DNA of 64,000 nt, taken from positions 1,766 through 65,765 of the forward strand of contig JBAXDH010000006.1 in assembly GCA_037141055.1 (NCBI GenBank). The letters run 5' to 3'. Shown piece by piece: positions 47,210 through 56,601 of this stretch. The position numbers and the translations under genes were made by a program. The notes below the pieces were generated by a model. The model did not search any database. It was not told the DNA's origin and saw only the letters and a list, made by a program, of their open reading frames with translations. How positions within the stretch are numbered: the stretch's first letter is position 1; every line of letters begins with the position of its first letter. The stretch is from a bacterium (GTDB lineage: Bacteria > Bacteroidota > Bacteroidia > Bacteroidales > FEN-979).

Positions 47210-47474
47210 TTACATATGTAATTACAAATGTAAACAAGGTAAAACTCCGCTGATGCAATAAATTCCTCATGCCTGAAGGTGTCTGAATTCTTCATATAAA
47301 CAATCTCCAACAGATATATTTATCAGTAAATTAAAACTATATCTATTATCCTCAACTGGCAGGATCGTTGTTGAATAGCATACGGATTATTAACATGCTG
47401 CCAGCCAACAACTCCTTGACTATTATTCATTTGCCTCACATCGTTATGTATACAAATGTAAATTACAATATTAA
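47210..47474. promoter_or_regulatory. Repeated TTACA-N2-TGTAA palindromes upstream of the XRE regulator
   Basis: TTACATATGTAA 47210-47221, TTACAAATGTAA 47222-47233, ATACAAATGTAA 47450-47461. Confidence 0.5.
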
Positions 47475-47625
47475 ACTTGGAATTGCTAATTCATATAGTA
47501 ATCATATATTACTAAATAACAGTATTTTATACTATATAAATGAAGTGATAGATTAAGAGAATGTTTTTTTTAGTATCCGGAACCTAAATTCCCAGGTTTT
47601 CGTTACTTTTGTAAAAAGCTATGAA

Positions 47626-48033
47626 ATGGTTGACAGGATACTGGAGTTACTAAAGGAAAAAAATTTAACTCCTTCCCAGTTTGCAGACGAAATCGGGATA
47701 CAGCGGTCCGGGATGTCACACCTGGTCTCAGGACGCAACAAACCAAGCCTGGAGTTTATAATGAAGGTTTTGAAACGTTTTCCCGATGTAAGGCCGGAAT
47801 ATCTTCTGTACGGCACTTCCGGGATGCTGGATGAAACGGAGGATAATCAGGGGCAGGAAAACATAGTTGCTCCCAAATCCGCACCGGATTTATTCGATCA
47901 GCCCGGGAGGGTTGAAATAAAATCCGAGCCCAGACCGGTACGGCAGGTCAAACCAGGGGGATTCGGGAAAAAAATTGAAAAAATCGTAGTTTTTTACGAT
48001 GATAAAACTTTCAGGGAATACCAGCCTGAATAG
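47626..48033 (+). CDS. XRE-family helix-turn-helix regulator
   Basis: LTPSQFADEIGIQRSGMSHLVSGRNKPSLEF; C-terminal IEKIVVFYDDKTFREY; TACTTTTG promoter at 47604-47611. Confidence 0.88.
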   Translation: MVDRILELLKEKNLTPSQFADEIGIQRSGMSHLVSGRNKPSLEFIMKVLKRFPDVRPEYLLYGTSGMLDETEDNQGQENIVAPKSAPDLFDQPGRVEIKSEPRPVRQVKPGGFGKKIEKIVVFYDDKTFREYQPE

Positions 48034-48038
48034 GAATA

Positions 48039-48458
48039 TCAGTCTCTTTCCAGGGATGAAAAGAAAAATCCAGCCTCACGTTCGGCATTCTCATCGCTGT
48101 CAGATCCGTGTACTGCGTTCTCACTCAGGTTTTTACCATAGAGTTTCCGGATTGTTCCCTCTTCCGCCTTTGCGGGATCGGTTGCACCAATAAATTTCCT
48201 GAAAGACTCAACGGCATTGTCTTTTTCAAGAATTGCAGCGATGATGGGGTCGGAGGACATGAAATCCGTTAATTCTCCGTAAAATGGTCTTTCCTTGTGT
48301 ATTTCATAAAACATACAGGCCTGTTCCTTACTTAAGGATACTTTTTTTAACGCCTTTATTTTATAGCCGCCCTCTTCGAATTTAGCTATGATATTTCCTG
48401 AATACCCGGCCTGGAAGGCGGATGGTTTAATCATGGTGAAGGTAATTTTTCCTGACAT
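48039..48458 (-). CDS. ndk: Nucleoside diphosphate kinase
   Basis: TFTMIKP, RKFIGATDP, GTIR, NAVHGSDS. Confidence 0.97.
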   Translation of the reverse strand: MSGKITFTMIKPSAFQAGYSGNIIAKFEEGGYKIKALKKVSLSKEQACMFYEIHKERPFYGELTDFMSSDPIIAAILEKDNAVESFRKFIGATDPAKAEEGTIRKLYGKNLSENAVHGSDSDENAEREAGFFFSSLERD

Positions 48459-48540
48459 GGTGCAATTTGGTTTTTGAGCAACAAAATTACGATTATATTC
48501 TAATTATCCTTAATTTTGCACCCTTCAAACCCCGAACTAT

Positions 48541-49560
48541 TTGGAAAACACTGATTTTAAGTTCATTTCAGAAAAGATTTCACGCCCTTTGCGGATATTG
48601 GTTACCACTCATTCCAACCCCGACGGGGATGCGATCGGATCGAGTCTTGCCCTTGCAGCCTATTTAAAAAAGAAAAATCATTTGGTACAGGTGATGGTCC
48701 CGGATCCTTTCCCGGATTTCCTGGCTTGGATGACGGGCTGCGAGGAGATCCTGGTTTTTTCGCTGGACCGGAACAGGTGCATCGATGCGATCGATCAGGC
48801 AGAAATGATTGTTGCGGCCGATTATAACAATTTTGGACGGTTGAATGATGCTGCTCCGCTGGTTCGCCAGTCTGGAGCGGTTAAAGTGCTCATCGATCAT
48901 CATTTGAATCCATCTGCCGAATTTGATTTTAAAATATCCATTTCAAAGATATCGTCCACTTCAGAGCTGGTTTACAACTTTATTGAGAAGATGGGAGACC
49001 TGCATCTACTCGACAAAGGCATTGCCGAATGTATTTATGCCGGGATTATCACGGATACGGGTTCTCTCAGCTATTCCTGCAATTATGTCAAAACATACCA
49101 GATCATGGCTGAACTGTTCAGGATCGGGATTGACGGAGAGCATTTGCACCGCCTGATTTACGACACCTATTCAGAAAGCAGGCTTCGATTGCTGGGATAT
49201 TCGATCAGTGACCAACTCGAGGTACTTACTGAATATCACACGGCATTCATCACATTATCAAAGGAAGACCTGGAAAGGTTTAATCATCAGATTGGTGATA
49301 CAGAAGGCATTGTAAATTATGCACTTTCCATAAAAGACATTAATCTTGCCGCATTGTTCATGGAGCGTGACGGCATTGTGAAAGCTTCTTTCCGTTCAAA
49401 GGGTACTTTTGCTGTGAACGAACTTGCAGCAAAATACTTTCAGGGAGGTGGACACCGCAATGCGGCCGGAGCAAATTGTACGACATCCCTGGAGGAAACC
49501 GTACTGAAATTCAGGCAGATTTTGCCACTGTATCAAACAATGCTTAAATCTGTCTATTGA
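48541..49560 (+). CDS. DHH family phosphoesterase (NrnA-like)
   Basis: HSNPDGDAIGS, IDHH, DTGS, GGGHRNAAG; TTG start. Confidence 0.92.
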   Translation: MENTDFKFISEKISRPLRILVTTHSNPDGDAIGSSLALAAYLKKKNHLVQVMVPDPFPDFLAWMTGCEEILVFSLDRNRCIDAIDQAEMIVAADYNNFGRLNDAAPLVRQSGAVKVLIDHHLNPSAEFDFKISISKISSTSELVYNFIEKMGDLHLLDKGIAECIYAGIITDTGSLSYSCNYVKTYQIMAELFRIGIDGEHLHRLIYDTYSESRLRLLGYSISDQLEVLTEYHTAFITLSKEDLERFNHQIGDTEGIVNYALSIKDINLAALFMERDGIVKASFRSKGTFAVNELAAKYFQGGGHRNAAGANCTTSLEETVLKFRQILPLYQTMLKSVY

Positions 49561-49561
49561 T

Positions 49562-50131
49562 TTGAAAACCATCGCGGTAATTGGTTTTAATGCATTTACA
49601 TGGACGTTATTGTTGCTTTCAATCGTACTGGCGGTTTCATGTACTGAAGCAAAAAAGGACAAATTCCCTGAACACAAGGCAGATGAACGTTCCACAGCAG
49701 ATTCTGTGGTTGACCTTAACAGGAGGGTTGTTGAGTCTGAAATCCAGGAGATTGACGATTATATCCGGCGTTATCAATGGGAAATGATGAAAACCCAAAC
49801 AGGACTTCGTTACATGATCTATCAAAAAGGATCCGGGCCGGTTGTATCTCAGGGAAGTATTGTTTCCATTAAATATAGAGTTAACCTGCTGAATGGCGAC
49901 CTGGTCTTCCGGACTGACCCGGCGAAGCTTTTTTCTTTTCAAACGGGAAAACGGGATGTGGTGAGCGGACTTGAAGAGGGTGTCATGCTGATGAAGAAAG
50001 GTGACCACGCAAAGCTGATTGTGCCTTCGCACCTTGCTTTTGGCCTTCTGGGCGACCTTGGAAAGGTACCATCCAGGGCGGTACTTGTATATGATGTTGA
50101 ACTTTGTGAGATAAATCAGGTAAAAAAATGA
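49562..50131 (+). CDS. FKBP-type peptidyl-prolyl isomerase lipoprotein (GldI-like)
   Basis: Lipobox LAVSC; TGLRY, GLEEGV, PSHLAFG, LVYDVEL. Confidence 0.85.
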   Translation: MKTIAVIGFNAFTWTLLLLSIVLAVSCTEAKKDKFPEHKADERSTADSVVDLNRRVVESEIQEIDDYIRRYQWEMMKTQTGLRYMIYQKGSGPVVSQGSIVSIKYRVNLLNGDLVFRTDPAKLFSFQTGKRDVVSGLEEGVMLMKKGDHAKLIVPSHLAFGLLGDLGKVPSRAVLVYDVELCEINQVKK

Positions 50132-50304
50132 TCTCCTTATCTCACGATTACCAGGACTTTACTATCTTTGCCGGTCAAATAAACATAAGGTCTTCAATTT
50201 AAATTAAAAGTAAGTCATATAGCTAATAATCAGAATTGTAGCGGACGTTAATAAAAAATATTTCAGTTCAACGATTATAAACCAAAATTTTTAAAAGACA
50301 CAGT

Positions 50305-51603
50305 ATGAAAAAAATGTTTGTAAATCCATTGGTCATTGTGATGTTGGTTGCTTTGACAATGCTTGCCTGTTCAGCAAAATATCCCGGTTATGATAAATCA
50401 GCAACAGGCCTGTATTATAAGTTATATAAAGTTAGCAAGGACACTGTTAAAGCAAAACTCGGAGATTGGGTTTCTTTAAATATGCGCTACAGCTATAAGG
50501 ATTCTACGCTTTTTAACAGCAAAACAGCCATGGGAACCCCGGTACGTTTTCAGTTGCCGGTATCGGAATTCAAGGGTGACATTTATGAAGGAATCCGGAT
50601 GCTTTCACCAGGAGACAGCGCCGATTTTATAATCAATGCTGATTCTTTGTTTACAAAAACATTCCGCCAGCCAAAACGGCCTCCGTTTGTTGACTCAAAC
50701 AGCGTGGTTCATTTTTATATCACCATGCTCTCCATTGATACTCCCGGCACAATGATTAAGAAGGAAGAAGACGCGCTGAAGAGCTACATTGAAGCAAAGA
50801 AAATTACAGTTGCTCCTGCACCATCGGGCTTATACTACATCGAAACACTGGCCGGCAAGGGCACCAAAATAGATACCGGAGTATGGGTAAAAACACATTT
50901 TAAAGTATCCCTCATTGACGGCAAGCAGATTTTTTCAACAAAAGAGCGCGGAGAGCCGATGGAATTTGAATTCGGGAAAAAATTTGACACTCCCGGTTTT
51001 GAAGAAGGTATTTCAAAAATGCTAAAGGGTGGTACAGCGACCTTTGTTGTTCCTTCAAAAATAGCTTTTGGTGAAACAGGCCGTGGTGCCATGGTTCCTC
51101 CTTATTCCACTGTTGTTTATGATGTGGAGATTGTTGATATTCAGTCAAAGGCCGATCATGATAAAATACAGGCTGACAAGAAAAAGACCGAGAGCGTTAA
51201 ACTGGAAACCAATAAAAAACAGGAAGGGGATCTTATGAAAAAATATTTGGCTGAACACAAAATTACGACAAAACCTACTGCCACCGGGTTGATCTATATT
51301 GAGAAGGTAAAAGGAACAGGCGCAAAGGCTGCTGCAGGCAAAAAAGTTAAAGTGCACTATACCGGCACACTTCTTAACGGAACCAAATTTGATTCTTCAC
51401 GCGATCGTAAAGAGCCGTTCGAATTTGTCCTTGGCCAGGGCCAGGTTATCAAAGGATGGGACGAAGGCATCGCCATGATGAATGTTGGTGGAAAAGCCAT
51501 GCTGGTAATTCCTTCAAATATTGCATACGGAGAGCGTGATATGGGCCAGATCCCGCCATATTCCACACTCGTGTTCGATGTCGAACTGATGGACGTAAAA
51601 TAA
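50305..51603 (+). CDS. Multi-domain FKBP-type peptidyl-prolyl isomerase lipoprotein
   Basis: Lipobox MLAC; three FKBP-like units, the last canonical (VHYTGTLLNGTKFDSS...VIKGWDEG...LVFDVEL). Confidence 0.9.
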   Translation: MKKMFVNPLVIVMLVALTMLACSAKYPGYDKSATGLYYKLYKVSKDTVKAKLGDWVSLNMRYSYKDSTLFNSKTAMGTPVRFQLPVSEFKGDIYEGIRMLSPGDSADFIINADSLFTKTFRQPKRPPFVDSNSVVHFYITMLSIDTPGTMIKKEEDALKSYIEAKKITVAPAPSGLYYIETLAGKGTKIDTGVWVKTHFKVSLIDGKQIFSTKERGEPMEFEFGKKFDTPGFEEGISKMLKGGTATFVVPSKIAFGETGRGAMVPPYSTVVYDVEIVDIQSKADHDKIQADKKKTESVKLETNKKQEGDLMKKYLAEHKITTKPTATGLIYIEKVKGTGAKAAAGKKVKVHYTGTLLNGTKFDSSRDRKEPFEFVLGQGQVIKGWDEGIAMMNVGGKAMLVIPSNIAYGERDMGQIPPYSTLVFDVELMDVK

Positions 51604-51621
51604 ACACGAAGTTTTTTAATG

Positions 51622-51655
51622 GAAAGGCTGATTGCGCAAGTGATCAGCCTTTTTT
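51622..51655. terminator. Bidirectional intrinsic terminator
   Basis: GAAAGGCTGATTGC-gcaa-GTGATCAGCCTTTTTT. Confidence 0.8.
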
Positions 51656-51667
51656 CATATTACCCGG

Positions 51668-53689
51668 CTACTGTTTCCCAAGCATTTCCTGAAGTGCCTT
51701 CAGTTCGTCCCTTAACCTTGCAGCTTCCAGAAAATCAAGGCTTTTCACAGCATCCTCCATGGCTTTCCTGTTCCGGGAAATGAGTTTTTGCAATTTATCC
51801 TTAGACAGGTATTGGATCAGCGGGTCAGCTGCCACGTCAATTTTTTCATTTTCGTAATAGGGGACAGGCTGTGGTTTGTTTCCGTCGGCAACCGCAGTCT
51901 GCCCCAGGATGTCATGTGTGCTTTTAACGATCTGGGTGGGTGTGATGTTGTTTAGTGTGTTGTAGGCAATTTGTTTTTCCCGGCGGCGGTTTGTTTCAGC
52001 CATCATACGTTTCATGGAATCTGTAATCTTATCCGCATACATGATGACCCTGCTGTTGATATTCCTGGCTGCGCGTCCCGCAGTCTGAGTCAGCGATCTC
52101 TCAGAACGCAGGAATCCCTCTTTATCTGCATCAAGGATTGCAACAAGGGAGACCTCGGGCAGATCCAATCCTTCACGAAGGAGGTTGACACCGATCAGCA
52201 CATCAAAAACGCCAAGTCTCAGGTCGCGAAGGATTTCAACGCGTTCCAGCGTATCCACATCGGCATGGATATAACGGCAGCGGATATCAATTTTCGAAAA
52301 ATAGCCGGTAAGTTCTTCAGCCATCCGCTTGGTTAGCGTGGTAACCAGTATTCGTTCCCGTTTATTGATGCGCAGGTTGATCTCATCGAGCAGGTCATCG
52401 ATTTGCCTCAGACTGGGCCTCACTTCAACAAAAGGATCCAGCAAGCCGGTGGGGCGTATTACCTGCTCCACAACGATGCCTTCGCATTTCTGAAGTTCAA
52501 AGTCAGCCGGTGTGGCGCTGACATATATCGTCTGACTGACCAGGGATTCGAATTCCTCAAATTTCAGCGGCCGGTTATCCATGGCAGACGGCAGCCTGAA
52601 GCCATATTCGACAAGTGTTTGCTTGCGGGAACGGTCTCCGCCGAACATGGCCCTGATCTGCGGAATGCTGACATGGCTTTCATCGATGACCATCAGGAAA
52701 TCATCGGGAAAAAAGTCTATAAGGCAGAAGGGTCTTGATCCCGATGACCGTCCGTCAAAATATCTCGAATAATTTTCAATTCCGGAACAATACCCCAGTT
52801 CCCGCATCATTTCAATATCATAGCTGACCCGGTCTTCAAGCCGTTTGGCCTCAAGATCTTTACCGTTTTCCCTGAAATAAGCACATTGCCTGATCAGGTC
52901 GTCCTGAATATCAACCAGCGCTACACGCATCTTATCCTGGGATGTCACAAAGATGTTTGCAGGGTAAAGCGTCATCTGCTCCATTGCTTCAATCCTGCGG
53001 CCCGTAATAGGATCAAACGATTCAATGCTTTCCACTTCATTGCCCATGAATATGACCCGGTAGGCAATGTCGGCATAAGCAGGAAAAATATCGATGGAAT
53101 CACCTTTTACACGGAATTTCCCCCGCACAAACTCTGTCTCGGTTCTGGAGTAAAGACTGTTCACAAGGGAATTCAACAGCTTTTTACGGCCCACCTGGTC
53201 ACCATGCTGGAGCCGGATGATATTTTCACTGAAATCGTCAGGGTTCCCGATTCCGTAAATACACGAAACCGATGAAACCACGATGATATCCCGGCGCCCG
53301 GAGAGAAGGGCCGAGGAAGCGCTCAGCCTTAGTTTCTCTATTTCCTCATTGATTGACAGATCTTTTTCAATGTACGTGTTGGTTACCGGGATAAATGCTT
53401 CCGGCTGGTAATAATCGTAATATGAAACAAAAAACTCAACCGCGTTTTCCGGAAAGAACTGTTTGAATTCTCCATAAAGCTGCGCCGCAAGCGTTTTATT
53501 GTGGCTCAGAACAAGCGTGGGTTTTTGAACGTGCTGAATGACGTTCGCAACAGTAAAAGTCTTCCCGGAACCTGTTACACCCAGCAATACCTGTCCCGGA
53601 TCCCCGCGATGTATCCCCTCAACGAGCTGCCTGATGGCTTCCGGCTGGTCGCCGGTGGGTTTGAATTCCGATGTCAGGTTAAAATCCAA
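51668..53689 (-). CDS. uvrB: Excinuclease ABC subunit B
   Basis: GVTGSGKT, YYDYYQPEA, DESH, LLREGLDLPEV, C-terminal UVR coiled coil. Confidence 0.98.
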   Translation of the reverse strand: MDFNLTSEFKPTGDQPEAIRQLVEGIHRGDPGQVLLGVTGSGKTFTVANVIQHVQKPTLVLSHNKTLAAQLYGEFKQFFPENAVEFFVSYYDYYQPEAFIPVTNTYIEKDLSINEEIEKLRLSASSALLSGRRDIIVVSSVSCIYGIGNPDDFSENIIRLQHGDQVGRKKLLNSLVNSLYSRTETEFVRGKFRVKGDSIDIFPAYADIAYRVIFMGNEVESIESFDPITGRRIEAMEQMTLYPANIFVTSQDKMRVALVDIQDDLIRQCAYFRENGKDLEAKRLEDRVSYDIEMMRELGYCSGIENYSRYFDGRSSGSRPFCLIDFFPDDFLMVIDESHVSIPQIRAMFGGDRSRKQTLVEYGFRLPSAMDNRPLKFEEFESLVSQTIYVSATPADFELQKCEGIVVEQVIRPTGLLDPFVEVRPSLRQIDDLLDEINLRINKRERILVTTLTKRMAEELTGYFSKIDIRCRYIHADVDTLERVEILRDLRLGVFDVLIGVNLLREGLDLPEVSLVAILDADKEGFLRSERSLTQTAGRAARNINSRVIMYADKITDSMKRMMAETNRRREKQIAYNTLNNITPTQIVKSTHDILGQTAVADGNKPQPVPYYENEKIDVAADPLIQYLSKDKLQKLISRNRKAMEDAVKSLDFLEAARLRDELKALQEMLGKQ

Positions 53690-53700
53690 GGGTGTATGTA

Positions 53701-54831
53701 TTAAGGCAGTTTTACCAGGGTGGCAGTTATCGGGTAATGGTCGGATAATTCTATATTGTAATTCATATACGAAACCGACTTAAGCTTATCAGAGTGAAGA
53801 ATATAATCAATTCTGAAAGATGGGAATTTTCCTGCGTATGTGCTCTTGAAGAGACCATGGCCACTTTCAATAAATGAGTCAGTAAGCCTTTTTGTCAATT
53901 GGTTGTATGCGAAAGAAGAGGGTGTATCGTTGAAGTCACCCGATAAAATTACAGGATATGGACATGAAGCGATATCCCTGGAAAGAATTTGAACCTCTTT
54001 TGACCTGAGAATAAATGCTTTCCGAAGCTTCCACATCATCCGCTTCGACCCTTCCTTGATCTGGGTGGTTTCTTCTACATCCGGTTCCGTAAGGTGTGAA
54101 TAGAAGGTATAATCTTCATTCCCAAAACGTATTGACTCGAGGTGCAGGTTATATACCCTGATGGTATCCCCGTTTATCACGATATCGCTGTAAATGGCAT
54201 AAAGGCAGCTTTCAGGCAGGTTAAAGGTTCCGAAATTAACAATCGGGAAACGGGAAAAAGTAGCTATTGCATTGATTTTGCGCTTATTGTTAAAGTTCTG
54301 GTAATTTTTAAAGGAATAATAATCCAGGTGTATGGAACTTGTAAATTTCGAAAGTGTTTTTGAAAAGTCCTCCCCAATGGCAAAAAACTCCTGTATGCAG
54401 ATGATGTCCGCATTCTGCGCTGCCAGGAATTCAGTTACTTTACTTTTGGTTCCCTTTTGGGAGCCTGCTATTTGATTTCCATAAAGCGAATGGACATTGT
54501 AACTCACGAGTTTAATTTTCGCATAGGGCGGAACGCTGGCATGCGGGAAGCGGACAGGGTAGATCGCCATCAGGTTGTTATATCCTGCAAGAATCGTGAC
54601 CAATGAAATAAAAGCAAATCGTTTCCAGGCCAGCAGCCAGAATAATACGAATATGAGATTGATGATCAGGAAAATCGGATATGCCAAACCAAAAAAGGCC
54701 AGAACCCATAATTTATCCGGGCTGACATAACCGGCAATGTATGATGCAAGCAGGCAGGCTACCGCAATAACATTGAGGACGTATAAAGTGTTTTTCAGAA
54801 TAGACCGGCCTTTCATCATCAAACCTTGCAT
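53701..54831 (-). CDS. Endonuclease/exonuclease/phosphatase family membrane protein
   Basis: N-terminal TMs; SYNV, DIICIQE, NLHLES, GDFND, RIDYI, SDHYP. Confidence 0.88.
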   Translation of the reverse strand: MQGLMMKGRSILKNTLYVLNVIAVACLLASYIAGYVSPDKLWVLAFFGLAYPIFLIINLIFVLFWLLAWKRFAFISLVTILAGYNNLMAIYPVRFPHASVPPYAKIKLVSYNVHSLYGNQIAGSQKGTKSKVTEFLAAQNADIICIQEFFAIGEDFSKTLSKFTSSIHLDYYSFKNYQNFNNKRKINAIATFSRFPIVNFGTFNLPESCLYAIYSDIVINGDTIRVYNLHLESIRFGNEDYTFYSHLTEPDVEETTQIKEGSKRMMWKLRKAFILRSKEVQILSRDIASCPYPVILSGDFNDTPSSFAYNQLTKRLTDSFIESGHGLFKSTYAGKFPSFRIDYILHSDKLKSVSYMNYNIELSDHYPITATLVKLP

Positions 54832-54834
54832 ATT

Positions 54835-55764
54835 TCAGCGTTTATTTGAGGTTTTAAAGAGAAATTCCTTTTCATCCTTTGTAAGGCAGTCGTACCCGCC
54901 TTTTGAAATCTTTTCCAGGATCTCATCGACCTTTCGCTGGGTATCCCGTTTTTTCAGGTTGTAATCTTCGTCTGAAACCGGCCTGTTGTCATTACCTCCG
55001 GGAGCGAAGGAGGAAGGCCTCTTCCGAAATTTATTGAAAATTGATCCCATGAAGCCGGGAGAACTTTTCCAGGCGGATGTCTGTTTTGAAAATCTGTAAA
55101 ACATGATGTATGCTGCCCCGAATAATGCACCTCCGATATGTGCAAGATGTCCCCCTGCATTTCCCGAAGGTATCATGAAAAAGTCAAACACGAACAGGAT
55201 GGCGGCAAGATAGATGATTTTCAACTTTCCGAAAAGAAAAAGCTGGATTGAATAATTTGGGACATAGACTGAAATGGCGGTAACGATTGCCATAACTGAT
55301 GCCGATGCGCCTAAGGCCAATGAAACAGGTATCATGCTGCTGAAAACGGGAAAAACGTTAAATGCGAATACATAGAAAAGCCCGCCGCTGATTCCACCGA
55401 GTATGTATATGAGAACCAGCTGCCTTGAAGGAAGAAATTCGGTTAATATCCTGCCAAACCAATATAACCACAGCATGTTGAACAGGATGTGCCAGATATC
55501 GAAATGAAGAAACATGTATGTCAGGACAGTCCATGGTTTCTGAATTAAACCCGGAATGCTGGCAGGGATAGCCAATGCGTGCAAAAGGAACGAATCAAGG
55601 GTGTCAGGATTGTTGTAAAAGAAAAAAAAGACCTTCAGGGCCTGGATAAGGATCCATACTGCAACATTTACCAGGATCAATACCGACAAGGCGGATCCCT
55701 GCCTGAAAAATCTTCTGATTTCCTCAACCGGGTTTTGATTCTGCCTGTAGTTATAGTTCATCAT
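54835..55764 (-). CDS. Rhomboid intramembrane serine protease with C-terminal DUF6576-like domain
   Basis: HILFNM, GASAS, GGHLAHIGGA; VDEILEKISKGGYDCLT. Confidence 0.9.
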   Translation of the reverse strand: MMNYNYRQNQNPVEEIRRFFRQGSALSVLILVNVAVWILIQALKVFFFFYNNPDTLDSFLLHALAIPASIPGLIQKPWTVLTYMFLHFDIWHILFNMLWLYWFGRILTEFLPSRQLVLIYILGGISGGLFYVFAFNVFPVFSSMIPVSLALGASASVMAIVTAISVYVPNYSIQLFLFGKLKIIYLAAILFVFDFFMIPSGNAGGHLAHIGGALFGAAYIMFYRFSKQTSAWKSSPGFMGSIFNKFRKRPSSFAPGGNDNRPVSDEDYNLKKRDTQRKVDEILEKISKGGYDCLTKDEKEFLFKTSNKR

Positions 55765-55766
55765 GC

Positions 55767-56594
55767 CTACAATACCGTTTTTTTCCTCCAGTAGATTATT
55801 AAAAAGAACCCGAAGATCATCCCGCCGAGATGCGCAAAATGTGCAACATTATCGCCAGGGTTGTTGGAAATGCCTGAGAAGAGTTCAAGTCCGCCATAGA
55901 TGATCACAATCCATTTTGCTTTTATCGGAAAAAGAAAATAGACGTATACCAGCATGTTCGGAAACATCATGCCGAAAGCAAGTAAAATTCCGTACACTGC
56001 GCCTGAAGCACCAACGGTTGGTACATCCATCTGCAACTTAAGGAGCTGGTTTATATATTCCAGTGACTGGCTCGCATACCCGGGGCTGTTTTTGGCTGTT
56101 GACCATTCGCTGATGAAACTCCTGAGCGTTCCTTCCGCTTCATAATACCGGGGATAATGATGCCTGACAAATCCAATGAACCCATCCAGCGACGGATTGG
56201 CCGCATAGGTTTGTGCGGCAGTCTGAACCGATGAAATATCGAGCCAGTTCACGAAGGTTTGAATAAATGCTGCACCGATCCCCGTAATTACGTAATACGT
56301 CAGGAATCTCTTCGAACCCCATACATTCTCCAGCAAATATCCGAACATCCACAGGGCGAACATGTTCATCACAACATGCGAGATGCTGCCATGTAAAAAC
56401 ATGTAGGAGACAAACTGATAAGGTCTGAATAATTCGGATTGGAAATAGTGAAGGCCAAGGTAGTTTACCAGGTCGATCCCGAATGTTGATTCAAAAGTAA
56501 CCGTTGCCAGGTAAAATAATCCATTGATAATCAATAAATTTTTGACAACAGGAGGGAGAAGGGTAAACCCGGCAGGGCTGTATTGTTGTGACAT
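55767..56594 (-). CDS. Rhomboid intramembrane serine protease
   Basis: HVVMNM, GASGAVYG, AHFAHLGG. Confidence 0.92.
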   Translation of the reverse strand: MSQQYSPAGFTLLPPVVKNLLIINGLFYLATVTFESTFGIDLVNYLGLHYFQSELFRPYQFVSYMFLHGSISHVVMNMFALWMFGYLLENVWGSKRFLTYYVITGIGAAFIQTFVNWLDISSVQTAAQTYAANPSLDGFIGFVRHHYPRYYEAEGTLRSFISEWSTAKNSPGYASQSLEYINQLLKLQMDVPTVGASGAVYGILLAFGMMFPNMLVYVYFLFPIKAKWIVIIYGGLELFSGISNNPGDNVAHFAHLGGMIFGFFLIIYWRKKTVL

Positions 56595-56601
56595 AATCGG
56601 T

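Noticed and set aside
47196-47625. Replication origin
   Set aside because: AT-rich, but no cluster of DnaA boxes (only a single one-mismatch TTATCCTCA) and no dnaA/gidA context
48039-51603. ndk / DHH / tandem FKBP cluster
   Set aside because: Ordinary conserved Bacteroidota gene neighbourhood
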